Positions 11,950-23,691 of a stretch of DNA of 64,000 nt are shown here, in pieces. Source of the stretch: Octopus vulgaris. Taxonomy: Eukaryota. The notes under the pieces are model-generated. The model saw only the letters and a list, made by a program, of their open reading frames with translations. It did no database searches and was not told the origin of the DNA. The stretch lies in contig OX597828.1 in NCBI GenBank assembly GCA_951406725.2, positions 29,202,001 through 29,266,000 of the forward strand. Direction: 5' to 3'. Position numbers and translations under genes: made by a program. The number at the start of each line of letters is the position of its first letter. Positions within the stretch are counted from its first letter, which is position 1.

Positions 11950-12430
11950 TGTTGGGGCAAGTGAAATCGGAATCGAAATCGAACCAATCCTATGACTGGC
12001 ACCTGGCAGGTGGCAAGTAAAGAAACACCGTTTCGACCCTGTGCTTGAGGTGATCCATTGAGTCAAGTACACCAACATCAAAAATCAATGGAAACTGCAG
12101 TTGTGATCCCTGTGCCGGTGGCATGTAAAAAGCACCATCCGAATGTGGCCGATGCCAGCACCGCCTTGACTGGCTTCCGTGCCGGTGGCACGTAAAGAGC
12201 ACCAATCCGATCGTGGCTGTTTGCCAGCCTCGCCTGGCACCTGTGCCGGTGGCATGTAAAAAGCACCCACTACACTCACGGAGTTGTTGGCTTTAGGAAG
12301 GGCATCCAGCTGTAGAAACACTGCCAGATCAGACTGGAGCCTGGTGCAGCCTTCTGGCTTCCCAGATCCCTGGTTGAACCATCCGACCCATGCTAGCATG
12401 GAGAACGGACGTTAAACGATGATGATGATT
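11950..12430 (+). mobile_element. SINE-like family C with internal GTGCCGGTGGCACGTAAAAAGCACC array and (GAT)n tail
   Basis: Shared 3' module TTAGGAAGGGCATCCAGCTGTAGAAAC...CCCATGCTAGCATGGAAAGCGGACGTTAAACGATGATG. Other copies at about 568, 3235-3828, 14648, 14978, 15863-16420, 26360-26705, 31565-31852, 43318-43710, 54211-54680, 55640-55900 and 58080-58443. Confidence 0.85.
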
Positions 12431-13162
12431 CATATTTATAGTTTTTGTCTGAATAGGCACTATCTATCTTGTCTACCCAAAAGGGGTATGAGGCATTTCA
12501 TCACAACCATTTTCGTGCTACCTATTTGATGTCACTCATTCAACACTGATTTATTTGACACCAGACACATTAGTGGTTCACATGTTCTCTCCCTCACTGT
12601 CTCTGTCTGTCTGCCTGTCTTCCCCTCTCTCTCCTTCTCTCTGTTTACATCTGTGAGCATATTTTTCTTATTGCCTATGAGGGGAGGTGCTTATGTCACT
12701 CATGTTCAATTAGTAAATTGTAATATCTCTTTCTCTTTCCTTCTCCCTCTCTTTCATTCTATTGGTGTGTGCTTGTGTGAGAATGCGTATGCATGTTTGT
12801 ATGTGTGTATGTATGCACATGTGTGTGTGTGTTTCATGGGTATTGTACATGTGTTTTAAAACAGACACTTTCCTGTAACATATGTACAGTGAATACAGAT
12901 TGGAACATTAAGAGCACATGCAAAAAAATAGTCACAAACACACATATCCATGTTTTACATGTACACACGTCGATATTAAAGTATGTCAAATTCAAATGGA
13001 AATGAATAAAAAACAAAAAGATCAACATTGACCCCCACAACCCCCGTTTGTTATCTTCTAGGCACCATCTGCTTGCATTTCATCTAGATATTAGTACATA
13101 TTTATTTTGCTGATCATAAAAAGTTCAAAATGATTATCTTCATTCAATAAGCCATGTTGTTA

Positions 13163-13748
13163 AGATGGCAGGCTGGCAGAAACCTTAGCACGCTGGGTGA
13201 AATGCTTAGCGGTATTTCGTCTGCCGCTGCGTTCTGAGCTCAAATTCCACCGAGGTCGACTTTGCCTTTCATCCTTTCAGGGGTTGATTAAATAAGTAGC
13301 AGTTACACACTAGGGTCGATATATATTTCTTTACTGCCCACAAGGGTCTAAACATAGAGGGGACAAACAAGGACAGATGAAGGGATTGAGTCGATTATAT
13401 CGCCCCCCCCCCCCAGTGCGAAACTGGTACTTTATTTATCGACCCCGAAAGGATGAAAGGCAAAGTTGACCTCGGTGGAATTTGAACTCAGAACGTACAA
13501 CTTGATCTGTTTGTCTGTCCTTGTTTGTTCCCTTCTGTGTTTAGACCTTTGTGGGTAGTAAAGAAATAGCTATTTTGTCTGCCGCTACGTTCTGGTTCAA
13601 ATTCCACTGAAGTTGACTTTGCCTTTCATCCTTTCAGGGTTGATAAATTAAGTACCAGTTGCATACTGGGTGGGGTGGGGGCGGGGGACGATCTAACTGA
13701 CTGCCCCCCTCCCCAAAAATTTCGGGCCTTGTACCTAGAATAGAAAAG
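13163..13748. mobile_element. Composite of four family A SINE segments in mixed orientation
   Basis: Whole block bracketed by 17-bp direct repeat AATAAGCCATGTTGTTA at 13146 and 13749. Confidence 0.8.
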
Positions 13749-14374
13749 AATAAGCCATGTTGTTACTTACAGCTAAGCTACATCTTCAACTTAGAGATTG
13801 ATATTAAATATTGAACTGTGTGTGATTTTTCTGAATTTTTAGAGGCTATTTTTTACTGATTTCAGTCATTGAACTGTGGTCATGCTGGAGCACTGCTTTG
13901 AATGGTTCAGTCAAATAAATTGATACCAGGATTTATAGTTTGGTCAGGTACCTCATCTCTGTTTCCCTTTTGCCAAATGGCTAAGTTATGGGATGTAAAC
14001 AAACCAAGACCAGTTGTCAGGTAGTAGTGGGAGACAAATGTTAACACAAAGACACACAGATGCAGACACACACACATACACTCACACACAAATATGTAGA
14101 CACACTTACATATATATTACAGGCTTTCACACAGTTTATATACACACACACACATGTATGTATTAATGGTTGTTTTTATGTTTAGTTTTAAAAACAAACA
14201 ATTTTACATTAATCTTAAGGGTTACTCCATACTTTTGTAGAGAACAAATTTATTAATCTCTAATTAGAATAGTATTGACAATAACTTCGTAGATTTGGCC
14301 AGTTAAGCCATCACTGGTTTAGTTTTCAGAGGTTTTCTGAAAAATATGTAAACATTTGCCTTTTCCGATAGGCA

Positions 14375-14493
14375 GCCCTGAAGATATCTGGTCAAATTAG
14401 GTTGTTTTCACATTTACAACTCTTAACACGGTCTGAATCCTTCAGATCCGAAGCACTGTTTTCTTAGTGACCAGATTGAAAACCCTTGTGGGC
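14375..14493 (+). ncRNA. Degenerate hammerhead-like motif with very long stem II
   Basis: GCC-CTGAAGA-T-ATCTGGTCA...TGACCAGAT-T-GAAA-ACCCTT-GTG-GGC: 9-bp stem II and 3-bp stem I, but the cleavage triplet reads GTG. Confidence 0.4.
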
Positions 14494-16469
14494 CCTTTTT
14501 ATGCTTATTTTACGTTATTTTATGTTCCTTTAAATTTTATTTGTATTAAATTATTTGATATGTTTTTATTGTGATTTTATTATGATTTTATAATCCCTAA
14601 GAACATTACATCCTCAAATTGAGTACACACACACACACATATACATATCATCATCATCATCATCATCGTTTAGCGTCCGCTTTCCATGCTAGCATGGGTT
14701 GGACAGTTCAACTGGGGTCTGGGAAGCCAGAAGGCTGCACCAGGCCAGTCAGATCTGGCAATGTTTCTACGGCTGGATGCCCTTCCTAATGCCAACCACT
14801 CCATGAGTGTAGTGGGTGCTTTTTACGTGCCACCGGCACAGGTGCCAGACGAGTCTGGTAAACAGCCACGATCAGACGGTGCTTTTTTATGTGCCACCGG
14901 CACGGGGGCCAGGCGGGGCTGCTAACGGCCACGAAAAGATGGTGCTTTTTTACATGCCACCGGCATATATATATATATCATCATCATCATCATTTAATGT
15001 CCATCTTCCATGCTGACATGGGTTGGATGGTTTGACTGGGGTCTTGGAAGCCAGGAGGCTGCACCAGGCTCCAGTCTGATCTGGCAGTGTTCTACAGCTG
15101 GATGACCTTCTAAACTTCAACCACATCGAGAGTGTAGTGGATGCTTTTTACGTGCCACTGGTACAGGGGCCAGAGAGGGCTGGCATCGGTCACGATCAGT
15201 TGGTGCTTTTTATGTGTCACCGGCATAGATATCACAACTACAATTTCCATTTGATTTTCATTTTGATGTACTTGACTCAATAGGTCTCCTCAAGTATGGC
15301 ATGTCACCCTACGATCCAAGGTACTTTTGAGTGGGCTGGTTATGTGACACTGGTATAGGTTACAGCTGTGAATTCACTTTATATGTATATATACACACGA
15401 TTATATAAACATAATGTCAGGAGTAATGAGAGAGGAATATATATTTATTTAACCAGGTAACTTCCATAGGATTACAGTCATTTCACAACCTTCTTCATGT
15501 GAGTAACAAAGTATGAGTCCCTGTCTGTATTAATGCTGACCAAAATCATTCATAATTTTGTCCAGTTCTTGCCTTCCTTCCATTGTGTATATGCTGAGTG
15601 GTTCTTGTAACTATGGTACAGCTTTTGATTTAAATCTGAAAAAGAAATATTTTGTACACCTCCATTTGAAAGAAATCTAAAAGGACACCTCTTTACATTT
15701 TAAATATAATTTCCTTTTAATATTTTATTTTAAAGAATTATTCCAAACAACCATATTATCTATTTCCTATGCATACATTTTCAATCATTATTTTCTTTAC
15801 ATTTTATTGGAATATAACACATATGTATATGATACATATATCTTACAAAACCACATTAAAAATCATCATCATCATCATCATCATCGTTTAACGTCCACTT
15901 TCCATGCTAGCATGGGTTGGACGATTTTGACTGAGGGCTGGTGAATCAGATGGTTGCACCAGTCTCCAATCTTGATATGGCAGAGTTTCTACAGCTGGAT
16001 GCCCTTCATAACACCAACCACTCCAAGAGTGTTGTGGGTGCTTTTTACGTGCCACTGGCATGGGGGTCAGTCAGGCAGTACTGGCAACAACCTCGCTCGA
16101 ATCCTTTTACACATGCCACCAGTAAGGTAACGTTGGTAACGATCATGCTTGAATGGTGCCCTTTTACGTGCCACTGGCATGGAAGCCAGTTGGCTGCTCT
16201 GGCAACGATCACACTCGGATGGTGCTCTTGGCACCCTACTAGCACGGGCACAAGTGCTAGTAAGGCGATGCTGGTAACGATCACGCTCGAATGGTGCCAT
16301 TTAAATGCCACTGGCATGGAAGCCGGTTAGCCGCTCTGTCAATGATCACGCTTGTATGGTGCTCTTTGCATCCTGCCAGCATGGATGCCAGTCATCGAAT
16401 TTGATTTTGATTTTGCTTTAAATCTAAAATGGTTCAAAGAGACCAGAAGTCTGAAAAGGTTTCTATACA

Positions 16470-17115
16470 AACTTAATTTTAATTATCACTGTAGAGCTAT
16501 CTAGGAATTGGTGAAAACAGTGACTTTTTCTCAAATATTAAATCTATACAGAAACATCATATTACATAATATTTATATCCAGCTGTAGAAACTCTGCCAG
16601 ATCAAGATTGGAGCCTGGTGCAGCCATCTGGTTCACCAGTCCTCAGTCAAATCGTCCAACCCATGCTAGCATGGAAAGCAGACGTTAAATGATGATGATG
16701 ATGATGATTATCATATTATGTGGTATATATTATATAGTGTTTAATTAAATCTAGATATTATATTATATCTACATCTATATTATATTATATTATATTAATT
16801 TATTTTTAATAATATAATTATTCATTGCATTTCAGAAATACAATTTTTATTTTAAATTAGAAAACTGGACAACACAGAGAACACAACTGAAAAAATTAAA
16901 AAGAAAAAAGAAAAAAATTAATATAATATAATATGATATACAGATATAGATGTAATATAATATATAGATTTAATTAAATACTATATAATATATACTACGT
17001 AATATGATAATATAAATACTATATAATGTGATGTATACTTATTGTTTCTGTATGGATTTAATATTTGAGAAAAAGTCAGTTTTCACGAATTTCTAGTTAT
17101 AATTAAAATCAGTTA
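16470..17115. repeat. AT-rich foldback (long inverted repeat) interrupted by a family C SINE tail
   Basis: TGACTTTTTCTCAAATATTAAATC (16521) is inverted near 17055-17079, and the 16710-16800 block near 16915-17010; SINE fragment at 16578-16708. Confidence 0.75.
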
Positions 17116-17996
17116 TAATAAAGTCAGTTATAATTAAAATCCAAAACTAGAAGAAAAAAATGGAAAAGGATGAACAGGGAAAGAGACAAAAAAACAAAAA
17201 AAATTACTGTCTTATCTGTAATATTGACCTTTTGGGATAAAAAGGGAACATTTGGGAAGTTTCTGTTTTCGTTTTTAATTCATAGAACTCTATGCACAGA
17301 GGGAGTTTTTGTCAACTAGTTATTGGGATAATATTAGTTGCTCGAAGCTGTTCACCTCATATGACATGTAAAAGACATATGTATTCACTAACGAATAACG
17401 TTGACCATCGGTAATTTACTCGGACCATACACTTTTATTTTATCAAATCGACATTACAATATACATATTCAACATCTGAAAAATGAACCAGAAAAAAAAA
17501 AAGGACTATGTCACAATATTGAATTCCTTTAAAACAAACAATTTTGTTTTCGCTTTGGAGGAGTAACGTCCCTTAGATCTATTCGTCTATCAACGAAGTT
17601 GTGACCAGAGATTTTTATTCTAAAATGCCACGTCTGCCTAACTGTTTTGCTACGTGTCACAAGGAAGATAGTTCTTTCATCAATTTATACCAGTCATTAA
17701 AAACAAACAAAAATCCAATGATACTAATGAATTAAAGAAGAATTACATCATTCAATTTTTTCTGCAATAGTTTAAATAATGCGCTGAAATAATTTTTAAA
17801 AAATGGGAAAAATTTGAGGGGATGGGGACATCAATTACAACTGCCCCCACAGCTCAAGTAGTACTTATTTTATCAACCCGATTAGATGAACGGTAAAGTT
17901 AACCTGAACGGTACTAATGTAAAGCACGAAGAAATGCCGTTAAACATTTTCCCCGGCTCAGCATTGATCCTTCCAGCGCGTCGCCTTCAGCAGAAA

Positions 17997-18509
17997 TCTA
18001 TATATATAAAACTGTAGTTGTGTGAGTGTCTGTCCCCTTCGATTTAGATTCCTAACTACTCCCACATTTTGCGATGCAGTTTAACCAAATTCGGGTATCT
18101 TATAGTCGTGATTCATATCGAGCCCGTCTGAGTATTAGCGCGCATCTACGATGAGTCTACGATTTTAAAAATAATTTAACATCATTTTTTATTCCATTTT
18201 AATACATAATTTTTCGTGTGTCGATGGCGGCGGAGTTGGCGTCCATGGTCACACCTGCACCTGTTTGCTTCTCCCCCTTCTTCCCTCCCTCGTGAAGCTG
18301 TGGGAAAGGGAGTGTAAGGAAATCAACGTCGTAAAGCGTTGTCGAGGAGACCAGCGTTCTTTTAGAACAACGACTTCATGGCTTGAAGACACCAAAACAG
18401 AAATGGTTAAGAAAGCCCGAATTGGCATCTATAAGGGAAGTAACTCTCTAAAAATGCTTATATAGTTATTTCCCTTACAAACCCGAGCAACGCCGGGCGA
18501 TACTGCTAG
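17997..18509 (+). mobile_element. Non-autonomous Helitron
   Basis: A|TC start, subterminal hairpin CCCGAGCAACGCCGGG, CTAG|T end, no TSD. Confidence 0.82.
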
Positions 18510-19577
18510 TAGAATATAAATATACATTGGGGTCTGTTGAATAAACCTGTATTGGTTTTGGAGTTCAGGTGTGTGGGGATGGAGGGATGGAGGGGTGGAG
18601 AAGAGGACAAACTCAAGAGTTGACCTGGGTGGTACACCACTGTTAGAACGTAAAATATTTTGACCTCGGGATAAAGACCCTTGATTAACTTTGGACAGAA
18701 AAAGGGCGAGACGGGTCTGGTTTTTGTTCATGTAATTACCGATATTAAAGGACAGGGAAAATATTTGATCGGAATGTAAATACACTCGAAAACCTTAATA
18801 TTTTTGTTGTCCTTTAGTATCAAGTCAGCCCTCATCAAGCAGGGGCGCTCGAGCCGTCGTCATCGCTTCTTTTCTTTTTACTTTCACTATTTCTTGGCCT
18901 TTTTTTTATTACATTAGAGTGTGACCTGAGTGAAATTTGGCTTTTGTTTCTGGCTAGTCGAGCGATCACATAAAAACTCTTTCATTGTTACTGAAATCCT
19001 GAACAGATTGCGTTGGAATTGCATGGAAGGTGAAAGAACACAAAATGGGGCGAAGAGAATAAGAGGCGAACAAACGGACAATGCGAGAGGTTACCACAGA
19101 CAGACAAACATTTCAGAAAATGATAGAAAAAGTGTAAACACAAGCGAACGCACGGATAAAAATAAAAGTTGTGTATGGTTAACAGTACGTTGAAAAGAGG
19201 AAAAAAAAAAGAGGTAGACTGATGTTTCGGGTGAACCCTTTATTGAAGTAAAGTAAGAAGGAAAAGAAACGATCCTAGATAGCTCTACAGTTATAATTAA
19301 ACGTAGTTAAACAGATCAACCGGAGCACGGTAAAATTGTCATATATAAGACTGGAAACTGGGACAGTGTAAAAATGTCACATGTAAAAATTGCATAGGTT
19401 AAAATAGAAATTAGAAAATGTTACAGGTAGAAATTTGGCAGAGAAAATGGCACAGCTGAATAAAAGAGTTCTCATGGTCCATAATTCTTAATCTTACAAT
19501 TTTTTTTTAAATATCAGGTTTCTTATGTCTAATTAAAAAGTTAATGCAAGCTGCAGTAAAAATAAACTATTATTAAA

Positions 19578-19958
19578 TCTCTCTCTATATAAACGGCAGT
19601 TTGTGCGTGTTTCTGTGTGTCTGTTTGCTTGTACCCTCACCCTGACCACGGCTTTCAACCGATTCTGATGAAACTTGACACACACATAGCCCAATGTCAT
19701 AATTCAAAACTAACGCAGCGAAAATTTTGAAAAGTTCCTCCAGTTCTGAAAAAAATCGATAAATTCGACATGGGGTCGACAATCAGAAACACAAACCACA
19801 AACTGTCTAGGGGACGCAACTCCAACTTTTTTAACTCTCAAAAAAAAAATTACCATCATTTTTTTCAATATTTTTGCTATTTTTTGGCTATAACTCTCTA
19901 AAAATGCTTTATAGTTATTTCCCTTACAAACCTGAGCAACGCCGGGCAATACTGCTAG
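19578..19958 (+). mobile_element. Non-autonomous Helitron (same 3' end, different 5' part)
   Basis: A|TC start; 3' about 70 bp shared with 17997-18509; CTAG|T end. Confidence 0.8.
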
Positions 19959-20234
19959 TAATAATTAAAAGTGAAAGGTGCGAGCTGGCGGAATCGTTAG
20001 GAAGTCGGGCCCAGTGGTTTACGTTCAAAGTTCAAATACCGTTGTGGTCAATTTTACCTTTCATTCTTTGAGATCGATAAAATATAATACCAGTCAAGTA
20101 CTGGAATCAGTGTAACCTTGTCTCCTCGCCTTAAAATTGATGGACTTGAACCCTGCAACGGACCCTCGATCCATTCAGAAGGAATGTTTTGATTTCCTTC
20201 ACTTATACGCCTTAGAAACCAGGAAACCAGCTTT

Positions 20235-20504
20235 ATGAGTCCTAGGATTAATACAAAACAAAAGACAAAGGTGAATGGTGTGTCCGCCGCCTGTTGGATG
20301 GTCTTACGATTCTTTATTAGAACATTCATCAAATGTTGGTGTAAGTCTGTAGACATTGTTGTTGTTATATATATATATAATGAGTCCTAGGATTCAAACA
20401 AAACAAAAGACAAAGGTGAATGGTGTGTCCGACGCCTGCTGGATGATCTTACGATTCTTTATTAGAACATTCATCAAATGTTGGTGTAAGTCTGTATACA
20501 TTGT
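20235..20504. repeat. Tandem duplication of a 125-bp unit
   Basis: Copies at 20235-20359 and 20380-20504 separated by (GTT)/(TA) simple repeats. Confidence 0.88.
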
Positions 20505-20929
20505 CTTTCTCCATTTCTCTAGAGAATGGCTAATTGCATTTCGGATGAGGAGTCCCCCACAGTGGCCTCTTCTCTCTGAAATACTCTGAACACTTTCAAA
20601 ATCGACGAGTGCTCGTCATCAACAAAACGGAAATACTTGTTATTCCAAACTCTCACGGTTTGTTGGTCCTGGGGCCGTCAATTTCATCTTTCCACACTTG
20701 CATGAGTCGGACTGAATTTTGTTACTGTGACAGATTTTCAACGGCCGCCTGCCCTTCCTGTTTCCAAGCAAGACATGGCCAAACATGTTTATCGTAGAAT
20801 ATGGAAATGAATGACACTGCTTGTGTGACAGCGACACTCATTTACAGCTATGACACGATGCCAAGAACACACACACACACACATTATTCGTCACTGGAAT
20901 AATGTTTGCCTCTCATATCCTCTTTCATG

Positions 20930-21190
20930 GGGCCGAAGATATGATAGTCCAGTGACGAGGAAACGAAAACTGTAGTGAAGAAGTGATTCAAAGAAGAGTC
21001 AAAAGGATTTTACGGAGCAGGGATACATGACTCATTCGAAGGTGGAACATTGCTATTGAGAGAAACGGTGACTATGTTGAGAAGTAGAATGTGATCCACA
21101 GAGGACCAGCTTCATTTTGATGTATGATGTATGTTCCTGTGTTGGTAATTATACCTGTCCTAAACAAAATGGCATTACTTTTTTACTCAC

Positions 21191-21196
<6 letters not shown>
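20930..21196 (+). mobile_element. Mariner 3' remnant (different family)
   Basis: SSDEETKTVVKK*FKE...RWNIAIERNGDYVEK* transposase C-terminus followed by TIR-like TTACTTTTTTTACTCACCCTTATA. Confidence 0.65.
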
Positions 21197-21226
<30 letters not shown>

Positions 21227-21563
21227 CGGGCTTTTTTCTGTTCCTGTCTACCAAATCTACTTACAAGGCTTTGGTCGGCGCGAGGCTATAGTAAAAGACA
21301 CTTGCCCAAGGTGCCGTGCAGTGGAACTGAACCTGGAACCCATGCGGTTGGGAAGCAAGCTTCTTACCACACAGCTACGCCTTGGATTGAGATCATGCTG
21401 GGGCAACGCCTTGAAGAGTTTAGGTCTCGTACTTTTCCTATCGGTGACTTTTGCCGAACCGCTACGTTACGGGAACGTAAGCAACCAACAGCAGTTGCCT
21501 AGCGGTTACAGGGAGAAACAGAAACGCAAGGCTAAACACGCGTGCGCGCACATACACACACAT

Positions 21564-21594
<31 letters not shown>

Positions 21595-21760
21595 GTATAT
21601 ATATATAAATATATCGTCGGCAGAACATAAACCCGAAAAAGAAGCACAATCTAAGTTATAGAGCAGTATACAATATAAAATTTAGAATAGGCCGGTTTAT
21701 GGAATTATCTTTGGTTTCACGTCTAGAGAAGCAACTCGTTAAAGAGGCCTTAAGCCAACA

Positions 21761-21834
21761 GGTTTTGGGATCTGATGATACGCCATAAAGTAAAGCGCTT
21801 TAAAGACGTGAAACCAAATGTAATCCCATAAACC
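21761..21834 (+). ncRNA. Type I hammerhead ribozyme motif
   Basis: Stem I GGTTT-TGGGAT/ATCCCA(T)AAACC; CTGATGA 21772-21778 plus an extra T; stem II ACG..TAAAG/CTTTA..CGT; GAAA 21810-21813; AC..GT stem III; GTA triplet ending 21822. Confidence 0.75.
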
Positions 21835-22298
21835 GGCCTTGGTTTTTTTCAGTTTTCGTCTACCAAATTCACTCACAAGGCTATGGTCTGCTTGAGGCTA
21901 CAGTATAAAGTACTAAACCAAGGTACCACGTAGTGGAATTGAACACGAAACTATGTAGTTGGGAAGCAAAACTTTAATCACAGTGTGTGTGTTTGGAGAG
22001 AGAGAAAGAGAGAGCTGTCGAATGAACTTTATTCCAGTTGCCTTTTCCACAAAAGTCTGAGCTGTGTATGTTACCGAATATCATTCAGCATTGTAGGTAT
22101 GACTGGACTTTCTGCAAGGTTTTCTAAACGCTTGGGAAACATGTCAGTCTGCTGCGAAGCTTTGAACTCGACACCCTGCTACAACGAAAATGTAAATAAG
22201 GACGAATGCCTAATGTAAAAATTCAACTGTTCACAGCAGGCTTTCAACCAGCGGATCGACCATCCTAATAACTCGGCCAAGCATACGATTTAAACTTA

Positions 22299-22704
22299 GG
22301 GCAATCTTTCGTCTCTAGTAGACCTTTCCGTCGATTTCCGTAAAAAAATTTTTTTTTTTACATATGGGGTTGCGGGAACTTTTGAAGTAATGAGAGCGAA
22401 AGAGACTAAGAGAAAGCGATTGTATGACGAGGGAAGTTCTTTTTAAGTTACCGTGCATGTGAAGCATTGATGTATATGTGTGTGTGTGTGTTTGATGGGG
22501 TGTGGGAGACAGACAGTATGTTGTGTAAGTGAAGTGCTTCTGTTAGTGTGTGTGAAGAGACAGAGTAATGTGTGAAAGAAAGAGATAACTGAAATTTTTT
22601 ACTCGGTGTATGTGTATATGTATGTATATTACTTCAAAAGTTCCCGCAAGCCCATATGTAAAAAAAAAAAAATTTTTTTACGGAAATCGACGGAAAGATC
22701 GCCC
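22299..22704. mobile_element. MITE with long TIRs and TTA TSD (PIF/Harbinger-like)
   Basis: GGGC...GCCC ends; about 70-bp inverted arms (TTTCCGTCGATTTCCGTAAAAAAA...GCGGGAACTTTTGAAGTAAT); TTA on both sides. Confidence 0.8.
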
Positions 22705-23033
22705 TTATTAGAGGATCTAAGCTATGAAAGATAGAAGTTCATGATTAAAAAAAAAAAAATTACGCTTAAAGATCTCACAAAAATTGAAAACATACATGTC
22801 TATAAATTATTTTGAGGCCCTAAGCTGTAGTTTGTTTATTCCATGACTACATCCAGGGACACTTTATAAAGGAAGTGTCTTTTTTAGTCGTATTATACAA
22901 CAAAGTGCACTCAACCGGTTAAAGTGCCCGTGAATGCAGGACTTCTATGAACAAATTGTCATTACATACTCATGGGAGTTAACTCTGGTTTACTTATATC
23001 AAAAGTTCGTAGACGATTAAGAGAGCTTAGTTG

Positions 23034-23140
23034 ATTGGCTGAATTCCAAGGACGGTGTTTGTAAGCGGCATCGTCATTGGTCGCTTCATCTGTATCGTCT
23101 GTGTTCTATTTATCACAAGTCCCCACGTTATCGCCACGTA
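23034..23140 (+). promoter_or_regulatory. Putative UBE2J1 promoter: two inverted CCAAT boxes and two CCACGT motifs
   Basis: ATTGG at 23034 and 23076; CCACGT at 23123 and 23134; CpG-rich, 190-300 bp upstream of the ATG. Confidence 0.55.
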
Positions 23141-23331
23141 GTTTTTTCAGCAAAAAGGCCACTACTTTTTTTAGACACTGATAAATGGTCTAATGAATGA
23201 TTCCTACTTAAATCTTTCACATAGCGACTGTTAACAGCCGATAAGAAAACAAATAAAACCCTACAAAAAAAACAAAAAAAAGAAAGAAATACAGTGAAAC
23301 AAAGAGCAATCTTCACAAATACATCGTCGCG

Positions 23332-23362
23332 ATGCAGAGCCAATACAACATGCGTAGTCCAG
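23332..23362 (+). CDS. UBE2J1: UBE2J1 coding exon 1
   Basis: ATG CAG AGC CAA TAC AAC ATG CGT AGT CCA G|gtaagc = MQSQYNMRSP(A), cf. human METRYNLKSPA. Phase 1 fits exon 2. Confidence 0.93.
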
Positions 23363-23691
23363 GTAAGCTTTAAAAGCCTAAGCTTACTGCCATAATTCTA
23401 TGATTTTTATTAATAATAATAATAATAAATAATAATAATAATAATAATAATAATGATAACTGAGAAAACTGCCAAACTGATCGCATACATTTACTATAAG
23501 CTCGTGATGGCCTCGATGAGAGGAGCGTTTTTTTTTTTTTTTTTATGTTGAACTGAGAAAAAAAAAAAAAAATGTTGGGAGAGAACTAAATAGGTGTGTC
23601 TCTCAAAAGGAAAGAAAAGAGAACAACAAGAGCCCCAGTCTGTCTGTCTGCGTGTATGTGCTATTAATAATAATAATAATAATAATGATAA

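Noticed and set aside
15440-15635. Terminal coding exon on the minus strand
   Set aside because: Good acceptor and AATAAA, but all frames give only short peptides with no recognisable homology; kept only as support for a possible non-coding transcript.
16040-16380. CRISPR array (palindromic repeat plus spacers)
   Set aside because: Eukaryotic context, no cas genes, linkers are homologous to each other, and the array is part of a dispersed SINE.
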